47,765 nt of DNA, taken from NCBI GenBank assembly GCA_030145825.1, contig JAIXHM010000001.1, forward strand, positions 1 through 47,765, given 5' to 3'. Below, piece after piece: positions 30,476-41,499 of the stretch; position 1 is the stretch's first letter, and the number at the start of each line of letters is the position of its first letter. Made by a program: the position numbers and the translations under genes. Under the pieces are notes generated by a model that had not been told where the DNA came from, made no database searches, and saw only the letters and a program-made list of their open reading frames with translations. This stretch comes from Flavobacterium sp. (GTDB lineage Bacteria > Bacteroidota > Bacteroidia > Flavobacteriales > Flavobacteriaceae).

Positions 30476-31440
30476 TATACTATTCCTTCTTTTAAAATAT
30501 CGTGTAAATGTAAAACACCTTTGTATTCATTATTGTCAATTACCATTAGTTGTGTAATAGAATTGTTTTCTAAAATGCTTAAAGCTTCAGAAACTAGAAT
30601 GTCTGATGAAATATTTTTAGGATTTTTAGTCATAATATCTTGTGCCGTTAAATGAGTAAATGAATCATTTGCATTTAACATTCTTCTAATATCACCATCA
30701 GTAATAATTCCGATAACTTTGTTGTTGTCAATAACCGCAGTAACTCCTAAACGTTTTTCAGAAATTTCCATTATTACTTTTTTAATGGAAGCATCTGGAG
30801 CAACTTGAGGCGTGTGAGTTGTATCTAACATATCGGCAACACGTAATAATAATTTTTTACCAAGTGCACCACCTGGATGATAAATCGCAAAATCTTCACT
30901 TTTAAATTGGCGTAATTCCATTAATGCAACGGCTAAAGCATCTCCTAGTACTAATTGAGCCGTAGTGCTATTTGTTGGTGCTAAATTATTTGGACATGCT
31001 TCTCTATCAACATGAGCATGCATAATATAGTGAGATTCTTTTCCTAAGAAAGAATTTCTATCAGAAGTCATACCAATTAAAATATTTCCAAAACGTTTTA
31101 GTAAAGGCACTAAAACTTTAATTTCTGGACTATTTCCACTTTTGGAAATACATATAATAATATCTTCAGGTTGAACCATTCCTAAATCACCATGTACAGC
31201 TTCAGCAGCATGTAAAAATAGCGAAGGGGTTCCTGTTGAGTTTAAACTAGCTACAATTTTTTGAGCGATAATAGCACTTTTTCCAATCCCTGTAACCACT
31301 AGTCTACCTTTAGTTTCATAGATTTTTAAAACAGCCTCGGCAAATTCTTCGGTAAGAAATTCAGTAAGTTTATGTATCGCCTTACTTTCTTCAATTATAG
31401 TTTTTTTTACGGTCTCTAAAATACTTGCAGTTGTGTTCAA
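30475..31440 (-). CDS. kdsD: Arabinose-5-phosphate isomerase (KpsF/GutQ, SIS+CBS)
   Basis: GIGKS, HGDLG, SKSGNS, EACPNNLAPT, HPGGALG, two CBS domains. Confidence 0.93.
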   Translation of the reverse strand: MNTTASILETVKKTIIEESKAIHKLTEFLTEEFAEAVLKIYETKGRLVVTGIGKSAIIAQKIVASLNSTGTPSLFLHAAEAVHGDLGMVQPEDIIICISKSGNSPEIKVLVPLLKRFGNILIGMTSDRNSFLGKESHYIMHAHVDREACPNNLAPTNSTTAQLVLGDALAVALMELRQFKSEDFAIYHPGGALGKKLLLRVADMLDTTHTPQVAPDASIKKVIMEISEKRLGVTAVIDNNKVIGIITDGDIRRMLNANDSFTHLTAQDIMTKNPKNISSDILVSEALSILENNSITQLMVIDNNEYKGVLHLHDILKEGIV

Positions 31441-31524
31441 AGTATATTATAATTATGTTTTGTTTATTTAAAGAAAATTGTATCTTTATGTTTGCAAATT
31501 TAGGTAAAATCATATTAATAGCGA

Positions 31525-33723
31525 ATGAAACCGAACGAAATTGATTTACACAAAGAATTAAAGAAATATTTCGGGTTTAACCAATTCAAAGGACTTCAAG
31601 AACAAGTAGTTAATAGTATAATTCACGGTAACAATACTTTTGTAATTATGCCTACAGGTGGTGGTAAATCTTTATGTTACCAATTGCCAGCTCTTGTTTT
31701 GGACGGAACAGCCATAGTTGTTTCGCCACTAATTGCATTGATGAAAAATCAAGTAGATGCAATAAGAAGTTTAGGTTCTGAATTAGGAGTTGCTCATGTT
31801 TTAAACTCCTCTTTAACTAAAACAGAAGTTAATCAAGTAAAAAAAGATATTAAAGACGGTGTTACAAAATTGCTTTATGTAGCGCCAGAATCTTTAACAA
31901 AAGAGGAATATATTCAGTTTTTTAAAGAAGTTAAAATTTCTTTTGTTGCCATTGATGAAGCACATTGTATTTCGGAATGGGGACACGATTTTAGACCAGA
32001 GTATAGAAATCTTAGAGCAATAATAAAGCAATTAGGAAACGATATTCCAATTATTGGATTAACAGCAACTGCTACACCAAAAGTTCAAGAAGATATTTTG
32101 AAAAACTTAGACATGTCTGGTGCTAATGTTTTTAAAGCATCATTCAACCGTCCAAATTTATTCTACGAAATACGCCCAAAAACAAAAAATATAGAAGGCG
32201 ATATTATTCGTTTTATTAAGCAGCATAAAGGAAAATCCGGTGTAATTTATTGTTTAAGTCGAAAAAAAGTAGAAGATATTGCGCAATTACTTCAGGTAAA
32301 CGGAATCAGTGCTGTGCCTTATCATGCTGGTTTAGATGCAAAAACAAGAGCAAAACACCAAGATATGTTCTTAATGGAAGATGTCGATGTAGTAGTGGCA
32401 ACAATTGCTTTCGGAATGGGGATTGATAAACCCGATGTTCGTTATGTAATTCATCACGACATTCCTAAATCTTTAGAAAGTTATTACCAAGAAACAGGTA
32501 GAGCTGGTAGAGATGGAGGGGAAGGTCATTGTTTAGCTTACTACTCATATAAAGACATCGAAAAACTTGAAAAGTTCATGGCAGGAAAACCTGTTGCAGA
32601 ACAAGAAATAGGTTATGCCTTATTACAAGAAGTTGTTGCTTATGCAGAAACTTCAATGTCGAGACGTAAATATTTATTACACTATTTTGGAGAAGAATTT
32701 GATGCTGAAAATGGAGAAGGAGCCGATATGGACGATAATGTTCGTAACCCTAAGAAGAAAGTTGAAGCGCAAGATCAAGTTCAATTATTACTGAAGGTAA
32801 TTCGAGATACAAAAGAACAATTCAAATCTAAAGAAATCATTTTTACTTTATTAGGTAAAGTAAACGCAATAATCAAGGCTCACAAAATTGATGCTAATCC
32901 TTTATTTGGAAAAGGTGAAAAGTTTGATGAACGTTATTGGATGGCGTTAATCCGTCAGATTTTAGTGGATGGATTAATTAAAAAAGATATTGAGACTTAT
33001 GGTGTTTTAAAGGTCACCGAAAAAGGATATCAATACATTGAAAAGCCTTATTCGTTTATGATGTCTGAAGATCATGAGTTCAGCGAAGAAGAAGATGAAA
33101 ATATTATAGCAGCAGCAAAATCTTCTGGTACAGCAGATGAAGCACTGATGGGCATGTTAAAAGAACTACGAAAAAAAGTAGCAAAGAAATTAGGTGTTCC
33201 TCCATTTGTTGTTTTTCAAGATCCATCTCTTGAGGACATGTCGTTAAAATATCCAATTACAATAGATGAATTAAGTAATGTTCATGGTGTAGGTGAAGGA
33301 AAAGCAAAGAAATATGGAAAAGAATTTGTTGATTTAATTGCACGTTATGTAGATGATAATGATATCATTCGTCCTGACGATTTAGTTGTAAAATCTACAG
33401 GAACTAATTCCGCATTAAAACTTTACATTATACAAAGTGTAGATAAAAAATTAGGTTTAGATGATATAGCTAAAGCAAAAGGACTCGCTATGGATGAATT
33501 GCTTAAGGCAATGGAGCAAATTGTGTATTCTGGTACAAAATTGAATATTAGCTATTGGATTGATGATATTTTAGACGAAGACCAACAAGAGGAAATTCAT
33601 GATTATTTCATGGATTCAGAATCAGATAAAATAGAAGAAGCGTTAAAAGAGTTTGACGGAGATTATGATACAGAAGAGTTGCGTTTAATGCGAATTAAAT
33701 TTATAAGTGAAGTAGCCAATTAG
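31525..33723 (+). CDS. recQ: ATP-dependent DNA helicase RecQ
   Basis: MPTGGGKSLCYQ, DEAHCISEWGHDFRP, QETGRAGRDG, RQC and HRDC regions. Confidence 0.97.
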   Translation: MKPNEIDLHKELKKYFGFNQFKGLQEQVVNSIIHGNNTFVIMPTGGGKSLCYQLPALVLDGTAIVVSPLIALMKNQVDAIRSLGSELGVAHVLNSSLTKTEVNQVKKDIKDGVTKLLYVAPESLTKEEYIQFFKEVKISFVAIDEAHCISEWGHDFRPEYRNLRAIIKQLGNDIPIIGLTATATPKVQEDILKNLDMSGANVFKASFNRPNLFYEIRPKTKNIEGDIIRFIKQHKGKSGVIYCLSRKKVEDIAQLLQVNGISAVPYHAGLDAKTRAKHQDMFLMEDVDVVVATIAFGMGIDKPDVRYVIHHDIPKSLESYYQETGRAGRDGGEGHCLAYYSYKDIEKLEKFMAGKPVAEQEIGYALLQEVVAYAETSMSRRKYLLHYFGEEFDAENGEGADMDDNVRNPKKKVEAQDQVQLLLKVIRDTKEQFKSKEIIFTLLGKVNAIIKAHKIDANPLFGKGEKFDERYWMALIRQILVDGLIKKDIETYGVLKVTEKGYQYIEKPYSFMMSEDHEFSEEEDENIIAAAKSSGTADEALMGMLKELRKKVAKKLGVPPFVVFQDPSLEDMSLKYPITIDELSNVHGVGEGKAKKYGKEFVDLIARYVDDNDIIRPDDLVVKSTGTNSALKLYIIQSVDKKLGLDDIAKAKGLAMDELLKAMEQIVYSGTKLNISYWIDDILDEDQQEEIHDYFMDSESDKIEEALKEFDGDYDTEELRLMRIKFISEVAN

Positions 33724-33808
33724 ATAATTAGGCAATGTGTCAATTAGAAAATTTAATTTAACAATAAACTTAAACAACTAACAATAAACTATTAACAATT
33801 AAAATTTT

Positions 33809-34594
33809 ATGTCAGAAAATCAAAATGTTTGGAAACCCACTGAAGAAGCTAAAAGTCAAGCAGGTCAGTTTCGTTTATTTGCAGGTTTATTATGGCTTGG
33901 TGCAATAGTTGCTCAAGTTTTTGCAATTCGCATGTTTTTAAGTGCTGTAAATTCTGGAGAATCTCCAGTAAACTTTTGGGTGATTGGATTAATTGTACTC
34001 GATTTAATTCTTGTTTTTGCTGGTTCAGTTTTATGGAAAAAGTCAAATCGCTTAGATCCACCTTCAGAAAAAAACAAATTCTTATTCTACATGCAAAATC
34101 AATTGGGTGTAGTTATGGCATTTGTGGCTTTTTTACCTTTAATTATTTTTATTTTAACTAATAAAAAAGTAGACGGTAAAAGCAAAGCAATTTTAGGAAG
34201 TATTGCTGGTATTGCACTAGTAATTGCAGGAATAGGAGGTTTCGAATCAAATATGGCTTCTGTTGAAAAATATACCGAAGAAACTAATATGGTTGAAGCT
34301 TTAACAGGTAATAATAATGTATATTGGACATCTACTGGTGGTAAATACCATTTATACGAAGATTGTTATCATATTAAAAATAGAGCTTCTGTTTCAAATG
34401 GAACTGTTGCTAATGCTAAAGAAACAAGAGGAATAACTGATTTGTGTGAAACGTGTAAAAAGCGTAAAATGAAAGAAGATGGAATGTCAGAAGAAACGCT
34501 TAATGAAAAATTAGACCAAATTAAAAATGGGTTAAATACAGAAAATACTCAAGAGTCAACTACAATTGAAGAAGAGCAAAAAGATGCAGCTTAA
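33809..34594 (+). CDS. Hypothetical four-helix membrane protein with C-terminal H/C metal-binding motif
   Basis: Four hydrophobic helices, then VYWTSTGGKYHLYEDC...LCETC. Confidence 0.75.
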   Translation: MSENQNVWKPTEEAKSQAGQFRLFAGLLWLGAIVAQVFAIRMFLSAVNSGESPVNFWVIGLIVLDLILVFAGSVLWKKSNRLDPPSEKNKFLFYMQNQLGVVMAFVAFLPLIIFILTNKKVDGKSKAILGSIAGIALVIAGIGGFESNMASVEKYTEETNMVEALTGNNNVYWTSTGGKYHLYEDCYHIKNRASVSNGTVANAKETRGITDLCETCKKRKMKEDGMSEETLNEKLDQIKNGLNTENTQESTTIEEEQKDAA

Positions 34595-34640
34595 TTAGTT
34601 GTCAGTTTTCAGTCACTGTTAACTATTTAAAAAAATATTT

Positions 34641-34708
34641 TGTCATTTCGAACGAAGTGAGAAATCTCATCAAAAAATTATGAGACTCCTCCTTTAGTCG
34701 GAGTGACA
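34641..34708. repeat. REP/REPIN-like element between convergent genes
   Basis: TGTCATTTCGAACGAAGTGAGAAATCTCAT...ATGAGACTCCTCCTTTAGTCGGAGTGACA. Confidence 0.6.
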
Positions 34709-34721
34709 TTATTTTATGTAT

Positions 34722-34955
34722 TTATTGATAAACTTCTCCACGATGAGGTTTTAAAGCGTCTCGAAAAGTCAACAAATCTTTTTCTTCAACAACAACATAT
34801 GCAATAGCATACATATCATTTATTTCTGTAAACCCAGTTATTTGTAAAGGATAATTTTCTTTAATTAAAAATTCTTTTAAATGTATTTCATGATGCTCTG
34901 CAGTTTTTGATGCTGCAGCACCTCTAAAATCCCAAATCAGTTTTATTTTTCGCAT
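34722..34955 (-). CDS. Conserved hypothetical protein
   Basis: MRKIKLIWDFRG...RDALKPHRG; ATG at 34955. Confidence 0.75.
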   Translation of the reverse strand: MRKIKLIWDFRGAAASKTAEHHEIHLKEFLIKENYPLQITGFTEINDMYAIAYVVVEEKDLLTFRDALKPHRGEVYQ

Positions 34956-35052
34956 TTCTCTAAGTTTCAAAGTAGCAAAGTTACGAAGCAATCTTATAAA
35001 TAGTTATTTTTGCAACGAATTATCGAAGAACAAATAAACAAATAAAGATAAA

Positions 35053-36615
35053 ATGCCACGCGAATTTCAATTTCAAGTTTCACCCGAAGTAGCTGCCAAT
35101 GAAAGCATGCTCATTCAACATGTTGCCAAACTTTTTCAGGTGAATCCTAAAGAAATTCAAAAAGTAGACGTTTTAAAACGATCTATCGATGCACGTCAGC
35201 GTAGTATTAAGATGAATATTAAAGCCAATGTGTTTTTAGTTGGCGAGCCTTATACTGAAACAAAAATTGAATTACCTGATTATCCAAATGTTTCAAATGC
35301 TCAAGAAGTAATTGTAGTTGGAGCTGGACCAGCCGGACTTTTTGCGGCACTTCAGTTAATTGAATTAGGTTTAAAGCCAATAGTTTTAGAAAGAGGTAAA
35401 GATGTTCGTGGGCGTCGTCGCGATTTGAAAGCTATAAACCGAGATGGAATAGTAAATCCGGAATCAAATTATTGTTTTGGAGAAGGAGGTGCGGGAACAT
35501 ATTCTGATGGAAAATTGTACACAAGATCAAAAAAGCGTGGCGATGTAGACAGAATTTTACGTTTATTAGTAGCTTATGGAGCAACTCCAGAAATTATGGT
35601 AGAAGCCCATCCTCATATCGGAACTAATAAGTTGCCTCAAATTATTCAAGATATTCGAGAGAAAATTATCGCTTGCGGCGGACAAGTTTTATTCGATACT
35701 AAAGTAACTGATATTTTAATCAAGAATAATGAAGTTGAAGGAGTTGTAACTCAAAATGGAGATAAAATTTTAGCCAATAAATTAATTTTAGCTACGGGAC
35801 ATTCGGCTCGTGATATTTTTGAATTATTGTATCACAAAAAAATAGAAATAGAAGCAAAACCGTTTGCTCTAGGAGTTCGTGCTGAGCATCCGCAATCTTT
35901 AATTGATAGTATTCAATATTCTTGTGATTTCAGAGGCGATTATTTACCACCAGCTCCATATTCTATAGTAAAGCAAGTAAATGGCAGAGGTATGTACTCT
36001 TTTTGTATGTGTCCAGGTGGAGTTATTGCACCTTGTGCTACAGCAGAAGGTGAAGTTGTAACGAATGGTTGGTCGCCATCAAAACGAGATCAAGCAACTG
36101 CAAATTCAGGAATCGTTGTCGAATTGCGTTTAGAAGATTTTAAACCATTTGCTAAGTTTGGTCCATTAGCCGGAATGGAATTTCAAAAAGACATCGAGCA
36201 AAGAGCTTGGCGATTAGCAGGGAAAACCCAGCAAGTCCCAGCGCAACGAATGGTCGATTTTTCTCAAAATAAAGTTTCGACTGAGATTCCTAAAACATCT
36301 TATGTTCCTGGAACAACTTCTGTTGAATTAGGAGAAGTTTTTCCTGGTTTCTTAACACAAACTATGCGTCAAGGTTTTCAAGAATTTGGAAAAAGCATGA
36401 AAGGATATTTTACAAATGAAGCTATTTTACATGCTCCTGAGAGCAGAACATCTTCACCGGTTCGTATTCCTCGAGATCCTATTTCATTAGAGCATACTCA
36501 AATTAAAGGTTTGTATCCATGTGGAGAAGGTGCAGGTTATGCAGGCGGAATAATTTCTGCAGCAATTGATGGTGAAAAATGTGCATTAAAAATTGCAGAA
36601 GCTATTGGTTCATAA
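35053..36615 (+). CDS. NAD(P)/FAD-dependent oxidoreductase
   Basis: VGAGPAGL, GEGGAGTYSDGKL, FCMCPGG, GEGAGYAGGI. Confidence 0.9.
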   Translation: MPREFQFQVSPEVAANESMLIQHVAKLFQVNPKEIQKVDVLKRSIDARQRSIKMNIKANVFLVGEPYTETKIELPDYPNVSNAQEVIVVGAGPAGLFAALQLIELGLKPIVLERGKDVRGRRRDLKAINRDGIVNPESNYCFGEGGAGTYSDGKLYTRSKKRGDVDRILRLLVAYGATPEIMVEAHPHIGTNKLPQIIQDIREKIIACGGQVLFDTKVTDILIKNNEVEGVVTQNGDKILANKLILATGHSARDIFELLYHKKIEIEAKPFALGVRAEHPQSLIDSIQYSCDFRGDYLPPAPYSIVKQVNGRGMYSFCMCPGGVIAPCATAEGEVVTNGWSPSKRDQATANSGIVVELRLEDFKPFAKFGPLAGMEFQKDIEQRAWRLAGKTQQVPAQRMVDFSQNKVSTEIPKTSYVPGTTSVELGEVFPGFLTQTMRQGFQEFGKSMKGYFTNEAILHAPESRTSSPVRIPRDPISLEHTQIKGLYPCGEGAGYAGGIISAAIDGEKCALKIAEAIGS

Positions 36616-38107
36616 GCGTTTCATAAGCATTGCAAATATTTTCAATAATATCGGAAGCTATTAAACTAAATTCGCCTTTTTCTTTTTCAGCAATATCGCC
36701 CGCTAAACCATGAAGGTAAATGCCTAGTACACTAGCTTTACCTGATGTATATCCTTGAGAAAGTAACCCTGTAATGATTCCTGTTAACACATCGCCACTA
36801 CCAGCAGTTGCCATACCAGGATTTCCAGAACTATTAAAAAATAAATTTCCCTTTGGAGTTATAGTTACTGTGTAAGCGCCTTTTATAACAATATATAAAC
36901 AATATTGTTTAGCAAATTTTAAAGTGCGTTCTAGTTTTTCAAAATCATTGTTCCAATTTCCAATCCATCTTGACCATTCTTTAGGATGTGGAGTTAAAAC
37001 ACTATAAATTGGAATTTTATCCCAATATTCTTTATTCTCTGCTAAAATATTTAAGGCATCAGCATCAATAACTAATGGGTCGTTTGTTCTAGTAATTAGT
37101 CTCAAAATTTCGGTTTTGGTTTCTTCATTAGTATCTAATCCAGGACCAATACCAATAAAATGATTGTTGAGGTCTATTCTTGTTTTAATAAAATTTTTAC
37201 CATTGGTAACAACCATCACTTCTGGAATTGAACTTTGCATGGCATCATAACCACAACTTGGAATTTCGGCAGTAACTAAGCCAGCTCCAATTCTTAAACT
37301 TGCTTTTGAGGCTAAAATAGCAGCGCCAATTTTTCCTTTACTTCCTGCAACAATTTTTACATGACCAAAGTTTCCTTTATGACTAAATCTATTGCGTTTT
37401 TTTAAAAAATCTTTAAAATATTCTTCAGTAATCCATTCATATTTCGATTCTTGTTTTTCTATTGCTTTTTTATCAAGACCAATTGTAATAATATGCATTT
37501 CCCCACTGAATTCTCTGTTTTCGGGAAGAATTAAAGAAAGTTTTGGTAATTCTAAAGTTAAAGTGTGCGATGATTTTATGATGGCATTGTGTAGATTCGT
37601 TGCATTATTATCGACATAAAGTCCGGAAGGAATATCAATAGAAATAACCTCTTTTTTTGCAGCATTTATGTAATGAATTAAATCTGCAGCAATGCCTTTT
37701 ATAGGGCGGTTTATTCCCGAACCAAAAAGTGCATCAATGATGATAATTTTTTCATCGCTTAAATCAGGAAAGTCATCCTCATTGTTTATAGAAATAGTCT
37801 TACCTGAAACTCTTTGCCAGAGTTCAAAGTTTTGTTCAAAATCATCGGAATAAGCAATGTTCGAGGTAATAAAAACAGTAACATTATATAATCTCGATTT
37901 TAAAATTCTAGCAATAACTAAGCCATCTCCGCCATTGTTTCCCGGACCACAAAAAACATAGAACGCATGTTTGTTATTGTAGTTTTTAAATATCCATTCG
38001 GCACAAGCACCAGCAGCTTTTTCCATTAATTCAAGCGAACTAATACTTTGTACTTCGGTGGTTACTTGGTCAACTTCTTTTAATTGTTGTGCAGTTAATA
38101 TTTTCAT
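36602..38107 (-). CDS. nnr: Bifunctional NAD(P)HX epimerase/dehydratase
   Basis: GPGNNGGDG, DALFG, DIPSG, HKGNFG, DADAL, TPHPKE, AGSGDVLTG. Confidence 0.95.
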   Translation of the reverse strand: MKILTAQQLKEVDQVTTEVQSISSLELMEKAAGACAEWIFKNYNNKHAFYVFCGPGNNGGDGLVIARILKSRLYNVTVFITSNIAYSDDFEQNFELWQRVSGKTISINNEDDFPDLSDEKIIIIDALFGSGINRPIKGIAADLIHYINAAKKEVISIDIPSGLYVDNNATNLHNAIIKSSHTLTLELPKLSLILPENREFSGEMHIITIGLDKKAIEKQESKYEWITEEYFKDFLKKRNRFSHKGNFGHVKIVAGSKGKIGAAILASKASLRIGAGLVTAEIPSCGYDAMQSSIPEVMVVTNGKNFIKTRIDLNNHFIGIGPGLDTNEETKTEILRLITRTNDPLVIDADALNILAENKEYWDKIPIYSVLTPHPKEWSRWIGNWNNDFEKLERTLKFAKQYCLYIVIKGAYTVTITPKGNLFFNSSGNPGMATAGSGDVLTGIITGLLSQGYTSGKASVLGIYLHGLAGDIAEKEKGEFSLIASDIIENICNAYETLMNQ

Positions 38108-40335
38108 TACTCTATAAATGATTTTATTTTGTCTTTATTTCCTACAATCCATAAAATATCACTTTCTTCTAAGATGCAGTTTGATTCGGGATTTAAAATG
38201 CGTCTTCCCGATTTTTCAATACCTACAACAATTCCGTTAGTAATTTCTCGAATGTTTGATTCTCTTATAGTTTTACCAATAAAGTCTTGCTTTTTCATTT
38301 CTAATTTCCACAAAACTATTTCCATGTTAGAAGTTTCTTCATTATTAAAATTACTTTGAATGTAATCTTTAAATTCATTTACTTGTATATCTGTTCCAAT
38401 AACATTAAGAATGTCATTTGGATAAATTATTTCAGATTTTTGAGGAATATTTATTGTTTTTTCACCACGTTTAATAAAGGCAATATTAATTCCAAATTGC
38501 TCTCTCAGTTTTAACTCTTCTAATTTTTTTCCTACAATTTCAGAATTCTCAGGAATCGAAAATTCTGCAATATGCCCATCCCAAGGAGTTAAATTTTGTC
38601 GTTTTGCTTTTACATCTTCCGGATTATTTTCATTAAAGTTACTTAAAAAATGACTTTCTAATTTATAATAGAAGCCATTTATTTGTTTTGTAAATATCAC
38701 ATAAGTCACAATACACAAAACAAACATCAATAATCCGAATAATGGTGAGATTATGTTATTAAGCATAAATCCTATTAATATTACTGAAAATAGTATTCTA
38801 GCAATAAACATCATAATTATAGGACCTCTGTATTTTCTTTCTTTAATTAATTCTTGAACTGCTTCTTTATTAATTCTTTTTAAAGAAATTGCCCATAAAA
38901 ATGGTAATAAAACTAATAACGTAATGGCTGCAGTTAAAAACTCACCAAACATTTTTTCGGACACAATTGGTAGTAAAAGTTTTTTAGATAAAATGATTAT
39001 CGCAATTGAAATAACCCCATTAATAATTACTTGTTTAATATAATCGGTGATGTAAGATTTCCAAACACTTGTAGGTTTTATAGCTTGAGTATTAGCACTA
39101 TATCGTTCTATTTTTTTAATCCATCGTTTTGGTAATTTACTTTCTACAAAATTTGCAAACGGACTTGCCGATTTTATCATGTATGGAGTGGTAAATGTTG
39201 TTATGGCAGAAACCGCAACCACAACTGGATAAAGAAAATCTTGGGTTACATTTAGAGACATTCCTAATGTCGCAATAATAAAAGAAAACTCACCAATTTG
39301 AGATAAACTCATACCTGCTTGTATTGATTGTTTTAAAGGTTGGCCAGAAAGTAAGGAACCAATTGTTGAACTTATCGATTGACCAAAAATGGTAACAACC
39401 GTTAAAATTAAAACAGGAATCGAATAGGTAACCAATGTATCAGGATCAATTAGCATACCAACAGATACAAAAAATATAGCTCCAAAAAGATCTTTTACAG
39501 GTTTTATAAGTTTTTCAATATGTTCCGATTGATTGGTTTCAGCAATAATTGAACCCATAATAAAAGCTCCTAATCCTGGTGAAAAACCTGCATTTGCAGC
39601 AAAAATCACCATTAACAAGCACAAAGCAATCGAAATGATTAATAGCATTTCATCGGTTAGAATTTTTTTCGATTTCTTTAAAAAAGTTGGAATAAAGAAA
39701 ATACCTAAAACAAACCATAGAATTAAGAAGAAAAATAATTTTACGAACGCAAAAATTAATTCGCTACCGGAAAATTGACTACTTACAGCAATAGTTGACA
39801 ACAAAACCATAAGAAGTATGGCAACAATGTCTTGAACAATAAGTGAACCGATAACATTTCCAGCAAACTTTTGAGTTTTAACACCTAGTTCTTCGAAAGC
39901 TTTTAAAATAATTGTTGTAGATGATATCGATAATATTACTCCAAGAAAAATACTATCCATATTTGACCAATTTAAGGCTTGTCCAACCGTGTAGCCAAGT
40001 GCCAGCATTGTAAATATTTGAGTAAGTGCTGTAATTGAAGCAGTTCCGCCTACTTTCGTTAATTTCTTAAAACTAAATTCTAATCCGAGACTAAAAAGCA
40101 GAAAGATAACACCAATTTCCGCCCAAATAGTAACATCGTTACTTTCTGTAACTGTAGGAAAAAAATTAAAATTATTACCAGCTAAGAATCCTGCAACTAA
40201 ATATCCTAAAACTAAAGGTTGCTTTAATTTTTTGAAAATTAAAACAGCAATACTAGCCGTAATTAAGATTAAACCTAAATCAGTAATTAAACTAGGTAAG
40301 TGAATTGCAGTTTGTGATAATAAAAATAATTTCAT
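38107..40335 (-). CDS. CPA2 cation:proton antiporter with RCK_C domains
   Basis: LFSLGLEF, SSTTII, VQDI, SQIGEFSF, C-terminal TrkA-C repeats; ATG at 40335 preferred. Confidence 0.9.
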   Translation of the reverse strand: MKLFLLSQTAIHLPSLITDLGLILITASIAVLIFKKLKQPLVLGYLVAGFLAGNNFNFFPTVTESNDVTIWAEIGVIFLLFSLGLEFSFKKLTKVGGTASITALTQIFTMLALGYTVGQALNWSNMDSIFLGVILSISSTTIILKAFEELGVKTQKFAGNVIGSLIVQDIVAILLMVLLSTIAVSSQFSGSELIFAFVKLFFFLILWFVLGIFFIPTFLKKSKKILTDEMLLIISIALCLLMVIFAANAGFSPGLGAFIMGSIIAETNQSEHIEKLIKPVKDLFGAIFFVSVGMLIDPDTLVTYSIPVLILTVVTIFGQSISSTIGSLLSGQPLKQSIQAGMSLSQIGEFSFIIATLGMSLNVTQDFLYPVVVAVSAITTFTTPYMIKSASPFANFVESKLPKRWIKKIERYSANTQAIKPTSVWKSYITDYIKQVIINGVISIAIIILSKKLLLPIVSEKMFGEFLTAAITLLVLLPFLWAISLKRINKEAVQELIKERKYRGPIIMMFIARILFSVILIGFMLNNIISPLFGLLMFVLCIVTYVIFTKQINGFYYKLESHFLSNFNENNPEDVKAKRQNLTPWDGHIAEFSIPENSEIVGKKLEELKLREQFGINIAFIKRGEKTINIPQKSEIIYPNDILNVIGTDIQVNEFKDYIQSNFNNEETSNMEIVLWKLEMKKQDFIGKTIRESNIREITNGIVVGIEKSGRRILNPESNCILEESDILWIVGNKDKIKSFIE

Positions 40336-40510
40336 AGGCTTTCTTTTGTTCTGCAAATTACTCAATACTTCTAGAAGCTACAAGCTAAATTAACCAGCGA
40401 GAATAATAATTATGATAAATTTAAGAGTGTTGAGAACCTTAGTTAAAATTTTAATAGAAAATAATTAGTTTAATATTACTAAATTTGTCATCCAATGTAT
40501 AAAAAGTGCG

Positions 40511-41038
40511 ATGTCTAAAGAAAAAGTAATTTTAGTAGATACAAATGATGAGCCTATAGGTTTAATGGAAAAAATTGCCGCTCATGAGCAAGCCTTATTA
40601 CACAGAGCGTTTTCGGTTTTTATTTTAAATGATAATAACGAAATCATGTTGCAACAAAGAGCCCAATCAAAATACCATTCCCCTTTATTATGGACGAACA
40701 CTTGTTGTAGCCATCAACGTCCGGGTGAGACTAACATTCAGGCTGGAAAAAGAAGATTGCGAGAAGAGATGGGATTTGAAGTCGATTTACAAGAATTATT
40801 TCACTTTATCTACAAAGCACCTTTTGATAACGGATTAACCGAGCATGAACTAGATCATGTTATGATAGGGAAATTTAATGATGAACCCAATATAAACAAA
40901 GAAGAAGTTGAAGATTGGAAATGGATGAGTATCGAGGCAATAAAACAAGATATGCAACAAAATCCTGACGTTTATACTGTTTGGTTTAAAATTATTTTCG
41001 ATGAATTTTATCATTATATCGAAAATCATAAATTTTAA
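40511..41038 (+). CDS. idi: Isopentenyl-diphosphate delta-isomerase type 1
   Basis: LHRAFS, WTNTCCSH, EHELDHV. Confidence 0.96.
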   Translation: MSKEKVILVDTNDEPIGLMEKIAAHEQALLHRAFSVFILNDNNEIMLQQRAQSKYHSPLLWTNTCCSHQRPGETNIQAGKRRLREEMGFEVDLQELFHFIYKAPFDNGLTEHELDHVMIGKFNDEPNINKEEVEDWKWMSIEAIKQDMQQNPDVYTVWFKIIFDEFYHYIENHKF

Positions 41039-41088
41039 TACATTTGTCACTCTAAGCATCGTCGGAATATTTAAGAAAAACTCAAAAA

Positions 41089-41499
41089 ATGAAAGTAACA
41101 GTTTCTAGAAAAGCACATTTTAATGCCGCACATAGATTGTATCGCAAAGATTGGTCGATGGAGCAAAACGATGCCGTTTTTGGAAAATGTAATAACCCTA
41201 AATTTCATGGTCATAATTATGAAATGATTGTGAGTGTAACTGGAGAAATTGATCCCGAAACAGGATTTGTAATGGACGTGAAAATTTTATCCGATTTAAT
41301 TAAAGAACACATAGAAGAAGCTTTCGATCATAAAAATTTAAACGAAGATGTTGAAGAGTTTAAAAATTTGAATCCAACTGCCGAAAATATTTGTGTAGTT
41401 ATTTGGAACAAATTAAGAAAGCAAATTGCTTCCGATAAAGATTTGGAAGTTGTTTTATATGAAACGCCACGAAATTTTGTAACCTACAGAGGAAATTAA
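41089..41499 (+). CDS. queD: 6-pyruvoyl-tetrahydropterin synthase / QueD family
   Basis: FNAAHRL, C...HGHNY, DHKNLN, PTAEN, ETP. Confidence 0.85.
   Translation: MKVTVSRKAHFNAAHRLYRKDWSMEQNDAVFGKCNNPKFHGHNYEMIVSVTGEIDPETGFVMDVKILSDLIKEHIEEAFDHKNLNEDVEEFKNLNPTAENICVVIWNKLRKQIASDKDLEVVLYETPRNFVTYRGN

Noticed and set aside
33760-33800. AACAATAAACT short repeats upstream of the 33809 gene
   Set aside because: Low-complexity A-rich leader typical of Bacteroidota 5' UTRs; no further structure.
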